DNA of 64,000 bases from Planctomycetota bacterium (GCA_965223505.1 CBDCWP010000026.1:1-64000), one strand, 5' to 3'. Counted from the first letter of the stretch, positions 18,733 to 30,187 are shown. Notes: generated by a model not told the origin, from the letters alone. Numbers and translations are program-made.

Positions 18733-18815
18733 GGGCGACGCTCGTGGTCGCCCAAGCGTTCGTCGATCAAGTCTGAACGCATGCGCGATTGGGCAGCCAC
18801 AAGGGCTGCCCCTAC
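18729..18815. repeat. GTAG-type REP doublet, inverted relative to the 12055 copy
   Basis: GTAGGGGCGACGCTCGTGGTCGCCC...GGGCAGCCACAAGGGCTGCCCCTAC; its TAG is the aminopeptidase stop codon. Confidence 0.85.
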
Positions 18816-18834
18816 AGATCCTGCGTCACAGAAC

Positions 18835-19194
18835 CTAGTCCGCGGCCTTGCTCGGCTCGGTGATGTTCCAGCCCTTCGCCTTCTCTTCTTCCTGCCACTC
18901 CTCGAGGAGCTTGGCCGTGTCGAGAGGATCCGAACCCTCGCTGACGTTCTCGCCGTCCGCGAACTTCTCCGCGTTGATCGCCGTCCACTCCTCGTACTCG
19001 GGCGGGAGCTCGTGATCGGGCCAGATGGCGTTGATCGGACACGCCGGAACACACGCCTCGCAGTCGATGCACGTGTCCGGATCGATGACCAGCATGTGCG
19101 GGTCCTTGATCTCCCAGAAGCAGGTGACGGGGCACTCGACGACGCAGTACGTGTAGCGACAGTCGACGCAACGCTCGGTGACGACGTGGGTCAT
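18835..19194 (-). CDS. fdxA: Ferredoxin, FdxA (dicluster) family
   Basis: MTHVVTERCVDCRYTYCVVECPVTCF...CIDCEACVPACP; AGGAG RBS. Confidence 0.9.
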   Translation of the reverse strand: MTHVVTERCVDCRYTYCVVECPVTCFWEIKDPHMLVIDPDTCIDCEACVPACPINAIWPDHELPPEYEEWTAINAEKFADGENVSEGSDPLDTAKLLEEWQEEEKAKGWNITEPSKAAD

Positions 19195-19349
19195 GGGGGC
19201 TCCTGAACGCACTCTCTCTCGACGCGCTCGGGAGCATACACACGCGTCCCCCGCCGCCAAACGGGAATGGGCGGGGAATCCGGACGCAGCGCACCTACAA
19301 CCTGAGAACCATTCTCAACATCCGTCGGCGGCCGGGGAGCGCGGAGGCG

Positions 19350-20042
19350 CTAGTTGGAACAGGCGCAGTCGCTGGCGACGACGCGCTTGATGCGCGGCCC
19401 CTGCTTCCAGCACGAGTTGCCTTCGCAGCCCTTGCTGCAGTCGTACTTCGCCTTCCACACGTAGTGGCCCGGGCGGTACAGCTCGTTGACGTAGACGATC
19501 TTGTACTTGGCGGGGACGTACTCGCAGCGGGTCTTCTTGACGGGGCGCGACGTCGCGACGGTCTTGTACTCCGCGGGCTGCTCGACGCAGTACTCGATGC
19601 CCTCTTCCTTGACGACCCGGTTGCACCACTCGTAGCGCGGCGGGCAGTACTCGTACTTCCAGCAACCGCCCTTGTCGACCCAACGCCAGCCGCCGGCCTG
19701 CGCCTCGACGAGGGTCTCGTTGCAGGTCTCGCCGCAGCCGTAGCGCACGTCGCACTTGCAGGGCTTGACCTTGACCTCGTGGTACTCGGTCACCATCTCG
19801 GTGGTCTCGACGGTGCGTGTGGTGTCCTCGCAGCACTTCACCATCTTGGGCACCTTGCGGTACACGGGCGGGACCCACTCGCGGCAGTAGGTCATGCACG
19901 GATCCGGGTTCGGCGGCAGGTCGGCCGGCGGGATGTCGGCGCGCAGACCATCGCCCCGGGTGTCCGGCGCGAAGCAGCAACCGGCCATCGCCAGCGCGAA
20001 CGTGAACAGCACCACGGGCAAACCCATCCGTGCAATGCGCAT
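19350..20042 (-). CDS. Cysteine-rich putative lipoprotein
   Basis: Signal peptide ending MAGCC; about 20 Cys; repeated VPPVYR/PPRYE/PAEYK/PAKYK motifs; GGAGG RBS. Confidence 0.75.
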   Translation of the reverse strand: MRIARMGLPVVLFTFALAMAGCCFAPDTRGDGLRADIPPADLPPNPDPCMTYCREWVPPVYRKVPKMVKCCEDTTRTVETTEMVTEYHEVKVKPCKCDVRYGCGETCNETLVEAQAGGWRWVDKGGCWKYEYCPPRYEWCNRVVKEEGIEYCVEQPAEYKTVATSRPVKKTRCEYVPAKYKIVYVNELYRPGHYVWKAKYDCSKGCEGNSCWKQGPRIKRVVASDCACSN

Positions 20043-20341
20043 CGGAACCCTCCGTCGGAAACGTCGATTCTGCCTACCGGGCCCTCAAGCCCTCTCCCAG
20101 ACCGGAATTCCTATCACGCGCGGCCCGACCGTGGGAAGGGCCGAGGGGCCCGCGCACACCCCTGTTTGCACGCCTACCCTGGAAGTGCCGTCACGGTTCT
20201 GTCATCCGTGGGTGACAGCCTTCCGAGCGCGCATCGGGAGCCGAAATCGGCATCGCCAATTCCCACCGGAACGGCGAAGTGGAACGATGTGGAATCCGAT
20301 CCAAAGCATAGGATCGCAGTCCGCACGCGAGACGGATCGAA

Positions 20342-21439
20342 ATGGGTTCCGAACCCCGAGCTCAGTCCGAGGCCCCGAAAGGCGACCACGCGCACCACGC
20401 GACGGTGCACGTGCACGAGGACTTCACGCTCGGGCGCCTCTTCACGCCGACGGAGTCGCGCCTCATCGAGGACATTCAGGCGTACCTCGACGACGAAGGC
20501 GCGGACTGCGCCGAGGACCTGCACCGCATGCTCGACCAGGGCACGCACAGCCTCGCCGCCATCGTGCTCGCCATGGAGTCGTACCCGTCGTTGCGCGACA
20601 CCGAGAAGCTCGGCGGCAAGGAGCGCTCGCAGGAGTCGCTCACGCGCACGCTCACCGAAGGCGGGCCGCACGGCATGGAGTGGGCGCTCCCGACGAAGGC
20701 GGTGCTCTCGCGCACGTTCGGCATCGCCAAGGTGAACTTCTGGACGGGCATCGGTTACGCGATCGCGCTCACCGAGACCGAGCACGGTCGCCAGCTTCGC
20801 GGTCGGATCGAAGACGCGATCGACGAAGCCGTCTACACCCGGCTGGCCGAAGAGCTCTACGGGTCCTTTGCCACGTCGCATACGACGGACGCCGAGATCC
20901 GGCGGCTGGCGGTGGAGCACGTGATCGACCTCTGGGAAGGCCGCACGCGCTTCGCGACGTATCAGTTCTGTCCCATTCTCCGTTCGGCCTGGGCGGCGCG
21001 CATGCGCGCCCCGCGCACGTTCGGCACCCTGATGGGGACGAGCGAGATCGTGCAGCTCTTGTTCCAGGACTGCGACGAGCGCTTCGTCGACGTCTTCAGC
21101 GCGCGCGATACGGATCAGGGCATGATCCAGGCGTTCGAGGAGTTCGTCTTCGACCTGCCGTACGAGAGCCTCGAGCGCGTGCGCGCCCACATGGAGGTCG
21201 AGGGATTGACCGTCGTGAGTCCCGAGGAGGTCGCCGGCCTGCTGGGATTCAAGGACCACATGCTGCGTCCGCTGATGGAGGGGTCGAAGGCGCTCTACTC
21301 GTCGTTCCGCGTGCGACGGGTGAAGGCCCAATACCGCACCTCCATGCAGACGCCTGGACCGAAGCGAACCGCTGAGTCCTACGTGCTCGAGTCCCTGCTG
21401 CGTACCGAGCACTCGAACGGCAACGGCGCATCGAAGTAG
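20342..21439 (+). CDS. Conserved hypothetical cytoplasmic protein
   Basis: 365-aa ORF with typical codon usage and globular composition; no motif assigned. Confidence 0.75.
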   Translation: MGSEPRAQSEAPKGDHAHHATVHVHEDFTLGRLFTPTESRLIEDIQAYLDDEGADCAEDLHRMLDQGTHSLAAIVLAMESYPSLRDTEKLGGKERSQESLTRTLTEGGPHGMEWALPTKAVLSRTFGIAKVNFWTGIGYAIALTETEHGRQLRGRIEDAIDEAVYTRLAEELYGSFATSHTTDAEIRRLAVEHVIDLWEGRTRFATYQFCPILRSAWAARMRAPRTFGTLMGTSEIVQLLFQDCDERFVDVFSARDTDQGMIQAFEEFVFDLPYESLERVRAHMEVEGLTVVSPEEVAGLLGFKDHMLRPLMEGSKALYSSFRVRRVKAQYRTSMQTPGPKRTAESYVLESLLRTEHSNGNGASK

Positions 21440-21465
21440 GCGTGAATCGCAGGTAGCTTGGGGGC

Positions 21466-22177
21466 ATGGGCATCCGTCTGGACACACTGGAGCAACGCAT
21501 CGTCGGCGTGTTGATCGAGAAGGCGCTGACCGTCCCCCGAGACGTATCCGCTCACGTTGAACAGCCTGTTGGCGGGCTGCAACCAGAAGAGCAACCGCGA
21601 TCCGCAGATGAGCGTCGAGGAGTACGAGCTGGAAGGTGCGCTGCGTGCGCTGATGGACCGCGACTGGGTCGTGCGGCACGAGCGCGACACGGGGCGCGTC
21701 ATGCGCTACGCCCACCAGGCGAGGGAACAGCTCGGCGTGGAGACCGCCGATCTCGCGATCCTGAGCGAGCTACTGTGCCGGGGGCCGCAGAGCCCCGGCG
21801 AGCTCAAGACGCGCGCCTCGCGCATGACGCCGTTCTCGAGCCCGGCCGACGTCGAAGGACGCCTGCGCGACCTGGCCGCGCGGCCGACACCGTACGTCGT
21901 CGAGCTCCCGAGACGGCCGCGGGAACGCATGAAGCGCTGGCGCCATCTCCTGGACGGCGCGACCGCGGAGGAGGCGCTCGCGGAGGCCGGCGCGCCGGCG
22001 GTCGCGCCGACGGCGCCCGTGGTGGCCCCTGCGGTGCCGACGGTGGCGCCGACCGCGCCGGTCGTCGCCGCCACGCCGCCCGACGACGCGAACGACGAGC
22101 TGAGGAAACGCATCGACGCCTTGGAGCGCGAGGTGCGGGATCTGACAGAACGGCTCGACCGACTCGAGGGTCGCTGA
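21466..22177 (+). pseudogene. yceH: YceH/DUF480-family gene with a +1 frameshift (pseudogene or sequence error)
   Basis: MGIRLDTLEQRIVGVLIEKALTVP continues as ETYPLTLNSLLAGCNQKSNRDP only if one C is removed from the C5 run at 21534-21538. Confidence 0.85.
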
Positions 22178-22197
22178 GCGATCGGACCCTCGACGAG

Positions 22198-22836
22198 CTA
22201 GTTTTCGGTACCGAGAACACGCTTGAGCCGTTCCGCGAGCTCGCTCAGCGCCATCGCCGTCGCCCCCCACACCTGCCAATCGGCGAGCTGGAAGAACGCC
22301 ACGTTCACGTCGCGGTCGAGAACCGTCCAAACCTCTTCGCGACGTTTCTCGTCGTCGATCAGATCCGCCACCGACACGACCGCGATGTCGGCTACTTCTT
22401 CCGGTTGCGCGACGAGCGCCCCTGGAGGCGGCCCCACCGCGACGTGCACGTGCAGGCGCGTGTGCGTGACCGGGATGTAGACCGGCGCCAGCGACCCGAC
22501 GGCGGTGGGCAGCGCCGGGTCGAGCCCGATCTCCTCGTGGGCCTCGCGCACGGCCGTCTCCCACAGGGACTCGTCTTCGTGCGGGCGTCCGCCGGGCAAG
22601 GAGACCTGTCCGCGGTGCTCGCGGAGGTCTTCACGCCGAAGCGTGATCGGGAACCGCAACCCGTCCTCGCCGGGGAACGCGTAGAGCAGCGCCGCCGCCT
22701 CGCGTGGATCGCGCTCGTCGAAGTCGGTCGGGGGCGGCCCGCGAAACGTGGGCTCCATCGGGCGCTGAGCCGCGCGTCCGTCGAATTCGGGCAGCGCGAG
22801 CGCGGCGTACAGGTGCTGATCGGCGATAGGAGGCAT
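22198..22836 (-). CDS. CoA pyrophosphatase (Nudix, NudL/PCD1-like)
   Basis: LREHRGQVSLPGGR...TAVREAHEEIGL Nudix box; VWGATA. Confidence 0.9.
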   Translation of the reverse strand: MPPIADQHLYAALALPEFDGRAAQRPMEPTFRGPPPTDFDERDPREAAALLYAFPGEDGLRFPITLRREDLREHRGQVSLPGGRPHEDESLWETAVREAHEEIGLDPALPTAVGSLAPVYIPVTHTRLHVHVAVGPPPGALVAQPEEVADIAVVSVADLIDDEKRREEVWTVLDRDVNVAFFQLADWQVWGATAMALSELAERLKRVLGTEN

Positions 22837-22889
22837 GCCAAGACGCCGAGGGTACCCTTCCACTCCGCTCGGTACCGGAGGGAGTCACC

Positions 22890-24380
<1,491 letters not shown>

Positions 24381-24393
24381 ACCCAGGTACCAG

Positions 24394-25737
24394 ATGGCGA
24401 AGGAAACGGCCAACCCGACGGCGTTGGAGACCCTGCTGCGTCAGGGCAGCGACGCCGATCTGCGCCGATTCCTGCTGCTGCTGCAGCCGCCCGAGATCGC
24501 CGATCTGATCGAGGCGCTGCGCACGGACGAAGACCGTGCCCGCGCATTCAAGGCCATCGTCGGCAAGGAGGACCGCTCCAACGTCCTGCGCGACATGGAG
24601 GACAAGGAGCGCGCCTCCATCGTCGAGGACCTTCCGGCGGAAGAGACCGCCGAGCTGCTGGGCGAGATGCAGTCGGACGACGCCGTCGACGTGCTGCAGG
24701 ACATGAAGGCCGAGAAGCAACAGGAGGTGCTCACCCACATCGAGCCGGGCGAGCAGGCCGGCCTGCGGAAGATCCTCACGTATCCGGAGGAAAGCGCGGG
24801 CGGCATCATGCAGACCGAGCTGGTCCGGGTCCATGAGGACTGGACGGCTCGCGAGGCGATCGAGGAGATCCGGCGCACCCGGGACGAGATCGGCGAGCTG
24901 CACGAGACGTTCGTGGTCGACGACGACGACCAGCTCAAGGGTTGGGTGAGCGAGCGCGCGCTGATCCTGGCCGAAGACGAGACGCCCATGCGCGGCCTGA
25001 CGATTCCGGCGCCGGTGAGCGTGCTCGTCACGACGGACCAGGAGGAGATCGCCTCGCTGGTGCGCGACTACGACGTCTCCTCGGTCCCGGTCGTCGACGA
25101 CGAAGGCCGTCTGGTCGGTCGCGTGCTGGTCGACGACATCGTCGATGTCATCGAAGAAGAGGCGACGGAGGACATCACGCGCCTGGGCGGATCGGACCCG
25201 CGCGAGGTCTACGAACCGTCGGTGCTCAGCGCGCTCAAGTCCCGTGCACCGTGGTTGCTGATCACCTTCGCGGGGGGCATCGCCGCCGCTGAGATCATTC
25301 AGGTCGGCGAAGACTACGTGCGCAAGGCGGGCATCTTGTTCGCGTTCATTCCCGTGATCATGGGGATGGGCGGCGGCATCTCGACGCAGGCGGCCACGGT
25401 CACCGTGCGGAGTCTCGCCCTCGGCCGCATCGGTCTCGGCGGCGTGATGGGCGTCGTGCGCAAGGAGCTGTTCGTCGGGCTGATCATGGCCGCGGGCGCG
25501 GGCGTCCTCGTGTGGGCGGCGGCCGCGCTTCGCGCCGAAGACCCGACCGTCGCGTGGATTGCCGCGTTCGCGTTGTTCGGATCGATGTTCTTCGGCGCGT
25601 TGTTCGGCGTGCTGACGCCGCTGTTCCTGAACAAGCTGGGCGCGGACCCGGCCGTGGCGACCAGTCCCTTCGTCACGACGACGAACGACGTGCTGGGCTC
25701 GACGCTGATCATCCTCTGCACGCTGGCGCTGCTGTAG
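24394..25737 (+). CDS. mgtE: Magnesium transporter MgtE
   Basis: YPEESAGGIMQTE, CBS pair, RAPWL, DPAVATSPFVTTTND. Confidence 0.95.
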   Translation: MAKETANPTALETLLRQGSDADLRRFLLLLQPPEIADLIEALRTDEDRARAFKAIVGKEDRSNVLRDMEDKERASIVEDLPAEETAELLGEMQSDDAVDVLQDMKAEKQQEVLTHIEPGEQAGLRKILTYPEESAGGIMQTELVRVHEDWTAREAIEEIRRTRDEIGELHETFVVDDDDQLKGWVSERALILAEDETPMRGLTIPAPVSVLVTTDQEEIASLVRDYDVSSVPVVDDEGRLVGRVLVDDIVDVIEEEATEDITRLGGSDPREVYEPSVLSALKSRAPWLLITFAGGIAAAEIIQVGEDYVRKAGILFAFIPVIMGMGGGISTQAATVTVRSLALGRIGLGGVMGVVRKELFVGLIMAAGAGVLVWAAAALRAEDPTVAWIAAFALFGSMFFGALFGVLTPLFLNKLGADPAVATSPFVTTTNDVLGSTLIILCTLALL

Positions 25738-26250
25738 CTACGCGAACAAGAGATCGGGCGTGAGCTCGAATCCCGCCACGGCGTCGGACGAGATCGAGTC
25801 TTCGCCTTCGACGCGTCGAACACCTTGCGACGTGTGACGTTCGACCCACCTCGTCCTCGGATCGACGAGCCACACCTCCTCGACGCCGATTTCGATCAGG
25901 CGCGGCGTCTTGCGGTCTCGATCGTGCCTCGCCGTCGCGGGCGACAGGATCTCGAAGGCGATGCGGGGCGTTCCGACGTAGTGCGCTTCGCGCGCGGGGG
26001 CGGCCGCCAGCACGGCGATGTCGGGTTGGAAGACGTTGTGATCGTCGACGAGCACGTCGACCGGTGATGCCACCAGCAGGTCCGGATCGAGGAGCGGCAT
26101 GAGCAGCCTGAGCAGGCGCATCTGCACGTTCTGATGGCCGTACGTCGGCGCGGGGTCGCGGACGAGCATCCCGTCGATGAGCTGGGCCGGGAACCCCTCG
26201 GGAAGAAGGTCGTAGTCGGACTTCGTGAACAGATCGTGCATCGCCTGCAT
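25738..26250 (-). CDS. Uma2-family (PD-(D/E)xK) endonuclease-like protein
   Basis: PAPTYGHQ, FQPDIAV, FEILSPAT..DR..K, EEVWLVDP. Confidence 0.88.
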   Translation of the reverse strand: MQAMHDLFTKSDYDLLPEGFPAQLIDGMLVRDPAPTYGHQNVQMRLLRLLMPLLDPDLLVASPVDVLVDDHNVFQPDIAVLAAAPAREAHYVGTPRIAFEILSPATARHDRDRKTPRLIEIGVEEVWLVDPRTRWVERHTSQGVRRVEGEDSISSDAVAGFELTPDLLFA

Positions 26251-26376
26251 ACAGCGTACTCGTTCGGGCGCTGCGCGGGGTTACGGACGGCCCCCGGTCT
26301 CCTCGACCAGTGGTACCCTGTGCGCCGAGGGGACCCCGAAGCGGCCGGCACCGGGGATCTCCAGGAGAGAAGCATC

Positions 26377-26829
26377 ATGCGCACGATCCTGTTCGCAACC
26401 GTGGCGCTCGCCGCCGTTGCCATCTGGGCCGCGCCCGACGCCGACGCATCGCCGCTCAGCACGTCGACGATCTCGATCACACCCGACGTGTACATCGGAT
26501 TCGGGTACGGGGGGCACTACCGCCGTCGAAGCTGCTACCGGCGCTACTACCGGCGGCCCGTACGGCGCGTCGTGTACCGCTCGTACGACCACTACCCGAG
26601 CTACGGCTACTCGTACTACGGTCACTACCCGCGCCACCACTACTACCCGCGCTACCGCTCCAGCGTGAGCATCGGATTCGGGTACGGCCACGGACACGGG
26701 CACGGCCACTACTACAGCGGACACAGCCACTCCCATCGCAGCTACTACCGCAGTCACCGCGGCCACCGCGGGCACTACGGCCACCGTCACCACGGCGGCA
26801 GCCGCCGAGCGTACGGACGACGTCGGTAG
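26377..26829 (+). CDS. Secreted His/Tyr/Arg/Gly-rich low-complexity protein
   Basis: AGGAG RBS; signal peptide ending ADA; IGFGYG twice; GH repeats. Confidence 0.75.
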   Translation: MRTILFATVALAAVAIWAAPDADASPLSTSTISITPDVYIGFGYGGHYRRRSCYRRYYRRPVRRVVYRSYDHYPSYGYSYYGHYPRHHYYPRYRSSVSIGFGYGHGHGHGHYYSGHSHSHRSYYRSHRGHRGHYGHRHHGGSRRAYGRRR

Positions 26830-26877
26830 CGTGTTTGCTCCGAGCGGCCCATAGGGGCCGCGCCCTACAATCCGCCC

Positions 26878-29637
26878 ATGCGCGGTCCCGCTGCGGTCTC
26901 GGTTGTGCTCGTCCTGGCGGTGCTTCCCTCCGTCGCGGCCGACGACGACGTGCGCGTCACCACGACGTGGGAGCCGACGGCGCTGCGCGTGTCGGACGGC
27001 CACCCCGTCGCGTTGCAGGCGCTCGGATCGGAAGCGGCCCTCCCTTCGGGCGTTCGCAACGGACGCGTCGCGCTGCTGAGGCTCGGGGGCCGTTCGTTCC
27101 GGCTCCTGGTCGAGTCCGTCGAGGACGCGCCCCGGCTCTGGTACGACCGCAACCTCAATCAGCGCCTCGACGACGATCCGGCCGTCAGGCTCGAGACGGG
27201 CTTCCGCACCAAGATCGCCCTCGAGGTCAAGCACGCCGACGAACCGGATGATGCGATCACGGTGCACGTCGGCGTGTGGCTGCAGCGCGAAGACGACGTC
27301 GCCACGCTGCTGGTCCGTCCCGACGCGCACCGCCGGGGGCAGGCCGTCCTCGGCGGCCGCCTGCGCCGCTTCGCGCTCTGGGACGGCAATGCCGATCTGA
27401 GCTTCGACGATCCGACCCACGACTTGCTGTTCGTCGACCTCGACGGCGACGGCCGACTCGACACGGCGTCGGCGTTCGAGCAAGTCCGCGTCGGCGAGGT
27501 GTTCCCGGCCGGCGGCGTGGGCTACACCGCGACGGTCGCCGGCGGATCGGGACGCGTGGTCACGTTTCGGCCGACCGCCGACGCGCCCGCGCCGCGACGG
27601 CGCCCTTGGCCGTCGACGCGCACACCGGAAGCGGGCATCACCCTGCGGCCGTCCAACAACGGCTTCGAGCTCTTGGCGAAGCGGTTCCGCGAGCAGAAGT
27701 CGCTGCGTCTGGCCAAGCGGAAGCTGGCCGTCTATCAGCTCGGGTCCGAAGGCTCGAACCAGGCCTTCGACCTTCTGATGAAGGCCGCCAAGACCGATCG
27801 CGACAAGAACATGCGCCCGGTCGCGTTCGCGGCGCTCGGCAATCGCGCGTTTCTCGACTATGGCGGCGACAGGGTCGTCGCCTTCACGAAGCGCGCGCCC
27901 CCCGCACTCCAGCGCGAAGCCCCACGGGTGCTGTACCGCATGGGTCACCCGGGCCGCGCGCGAGCCTGCATCGAGCTGTTGAGCGCCAAGGACCCGGAGG
28001 TCGTCGGCAACGCGGCGCGCCATCTCGCGTACGAGGACACGCAGGTCGCGCGCGCGGCGATCTTCAACACGGTGCGCACCCATCCCGTCGAGCCGGCGCG
28101 CGCGGCGGCCTACGAGTTCGGCGCTCGCTCGCTCGAGGGCGGACCTACGGCCGAGCTGATGCGCTTCGTCTTCGAGGAGGAGGACGACCGGGTCCAGCTC
28201 CTGGCGCTGCGGGACCTCCATGCGACGGGAGAACCGGAAGCGACGAAGCTGGCGCTGTCGCTCACGAAACGACGGCCCGTCGAGCGCGATGTGGCCGAGA
28301 CCGTGATCCCGATCCTGGGCCGCGACGCGAGTCGCAAGAGCGTGGCCGCGCTGCTCGAGATGGCCGACGCGTACGCCCGGCCGGAGACGCTGCGAACGCT
28401 GCTCGAGGCGGAGCTGCGCTGGGCGCGCAGCCCCAGGATCACCGACGCGATCATCGACGCGCTCGACGCCGACTCGCCGCACATCCGCATGATGGCCGCG
28501 GACCTCCTCGCCCGCGGCGACGATCGGCGTGCGACCTCGGCGCTGGTCGCCCGCGTGGCGAAGGAACACGACGACGCCGTCAAGCGCGTGTTGCTGCGCG
28601 CGCTCGGCGATCAGCGCGACCCGGCATCGATCGACACCTTGGTCGAGTTCGCACGGCGCCGGAACGGGCCCATGCGCTCGATCGCGCTCTCCGCCCTCGC
28701 GCGCATCGGCTTCGACAACGAACGCGTGCGCGGGTTCTTCGTCGGCCTGCTCGACGCGCCGCAGTGGCCCGACCGTCTCCTGGCCATCGCGGCGGCCGGC
28801 GAGAGCGGCGACCCGAGCCTGTGCGCGAGCATGCTGCCCTGCCTCGGCCACAGTCAGTGGCAGGTGCGTCTGGCGCTGCTTCGCGCGCTGCGCAAGCTCC
28901 GCTGCCGCGACGCGATCGAGCCGCTCATCGAACGGCTCGCGAACGAGGAGAGCGGCCGCGTGCGCCACGCCCTCGCCGTGACGCTGTACGTGATCACGGG
29001 CGTGCATCTCTACGACGATGTCGAGACGTGGCGGCGGTGGTGGCGTGAGAACGCGGCGACGTTCCGCGTGCCGAAGGAGCCGCCGGCGAAGATCCCCGCC
29101 GCGAGCGACACCAACCCGGAGTTCTACGGGATCCCGCTCGTGTCGAACCGGATCGCGTTCGTCATCGACCAATCGGGCTCGATGTCGGCGACGTCCGGGA
29201 CGGCGGCCGCGTCGCGTCTCGACATCGCCAAGAGCGAGGTCCTGCGTTCGATCGCCCAGCTCGATCGCAAGGCCAAGATCAACGTGGTGTTGTTCAACAA
29301 CGGCGTGCGAGCCTGGCGCGACGGGCTGGTGTTCCTGTCGCCGTCGCGACGCGCGAACCTGGAGAAGTGGCTGGCCCGACGTTCCCCCAACGGCGGAACG
29401 AACCTGTACGACGGCTTGGAACGCGCGCTCCTCCTAAAGGAGGTCGACACCGTCTACCTGCTCTCGGACGGCGAGCCCGGGGTCGGCCGGTTCATCGAGG
29501 CGAGCGACATCCTGCGCGAGGTCCGCCGCCTGAACCTGACGCGCGGCATCGCGATTCACTGCGTGTCGATCGGCCGCGCGTCACCGCTGCTTCGGGAGCT
29601 GGCGGCGGCGTTCGACGGTCACTACGTGCGGCGCTAG
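26878..29637 (+). CDS. Exported HEAT-repeat protein with C-terminal vWA domain
   Basis: Signal peptide; many HEAT repeats; FVIDQSGSMS MIDAS, GGTNLYDGL, LLSDGEP. Confidence 0.88.
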   Translation: MRGPAAVSVVLVLAVLPSVAADDDVRVTTTWEPTALRVSDGHPVALQALGSEAALPSGVRNGRVALLRLGGRSFRLLVESVEDAPRLWYDRNLNQRLDDDPAVRLETGFRTKIALEVKHADEPDDAITVHVGVWLQREDDVATLLVRPDAHRRGQAVLGGRLRRFALWDGNADLSFDDPTHDLLFVDLDGDGRLDTASAFEQVRVGEVFPAGGVGYTATVAGGSGRVVTFRPTADAPAPRRRPWPSTRTPEAGITLRPSNNGFELLAKRFREQKSLRLAKRKLAVYQLGSEGSNQAFDLLMKAAKTDRDKNMRPVAFAALGNRAFLDYGGDRVVAFTKRAPPALQREAPRVLYRMGHPGRARACIELLSAKDPEVVGNAARHLAYEDTQVARAAIFNTVRTHPVEPARAAAYEFGARSLEGGPTAELMRFVFEEEDDRVQLLALRDLHATGEPEATKLALSLTKRRPVERDVAETVIPILGRDASRKSVAALLEMADAYARPETLRTLLEAELRWARSPRITDAIIDALDADSPHIRMMAADLLARGDDRRATSALVARVAKEHDDAVKRVLLRALGDQRDPASIDTLVEFARRRNGPMRSIALSALARIGFDNERVRGFFVGLLDAPQWPDRLLAIAAAGESGDPSLCASMLPCLGHSQWQVRLALLRALRKLRCRDAIEPLIERLANEESGRVRHALAVTLYVITGVHLYDDVETWRRWWRENAATFRVPKEPPAKIPAASDTNPEFYGIPLVSNRIAFVIDQSGSMSATSGTAAASRLDIAKSEVLRSIAQLDRKAKINVVLFNNGVRAWRDGLVFLSPSRRANLEKWLARRSPNGGTNLYDGLERALLLKEVDTVYLLSDGEPGVGRFIEASDILREVRRLNLTRGIAIHCVSIGRASPLLRELAAAFDGHYVRR

Positions 29638-29641
29638 CGCC

Positions 29642-30187
29642 CTACTGCGGCTCGAGGAAGACCTGCGTCCACCAGGGGCCGTCGTAGGACCCGCCCGGAC
29701 CGAAGCGCGCGCCGACACCCACCGCCGATCGGTCCGTCGTGAGCAGGTTGAGGTTGTGGCCGGGCGAGTTCGCCCACGCGTCCACGACCTCCGCGGGCGT
29801 GAGCTGCCCGACGGCCACGTTCTCGGAGACCGAGGTGTGCCCGATCTGCGCGGCGGTCAGACGGTCGCCGGGCGTCTCGCCGTTCGGCCCGAAGTGCGTG
29901 AAGTTGCCGATGCCCTGTTGGTACATCGAGTGCTCGTACGCCACCTGGGCCGCTTCTTCGTGCCACGTCAGCGGCGGCAGGCCGTGGGCGGCCCGGTAGT
30001 TGTTGGTGTGCACCCAGACGTCGCGGGCGAAGGCGTACTCGTCGGCGGTCGGCGTGCTGGTCGGATTGATCGATCCGCCGCCGGGCGCGCTGTTGTCGAA
30101 GCGGCCGACCAGGTCGTCGGCGAAGTCACCGGCACCGCAGGCGGTGAAGAGCAGCGCGAGGACGAGGACGGACGGGCTGCGTGACAT
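29642..30187 (-). CDS. CAP/SCP-domain lipoprotein
   Basis: Lipobox FTAC; TNNYRAAHGLPPL, HS.Y, ENVAVG, WANSPGHNLNLL, WTQVF. Confidence 0.9.
   Translation of the reverse strand: MSRSPSVLVLALLFTACGAGDFADDLVGRFDNSAPGGGSINPTSTPTADEYAFARDVWVHTNNYRAAHGLPPLTWHEEAAQVAYEHSMYQQGIGNFTHFGPNGETPGDRLTAAQIGHTSVSENVAVGQLTPAEVVDAWANSPGHNLNLLTTDRSAVGVGARFGPGGSYDGPWWTQVFLEPQ

Noticed and set aside
25775..25800. T-loop-like CTCGAATCCC suggesting a tRNA or att remnant
   Set aside because: Lies inside the Uma2 CDS, no cloverleaf can be built and no integrase is nearby
26281..29172. 963-aa minus-strand ORF, and many similar long Arg/Ala-rich alternate-frame ORFs
   Set aside because: Stop-poor shadow frames expected at very high GC; they overlap well-supported genes and carry no motifs
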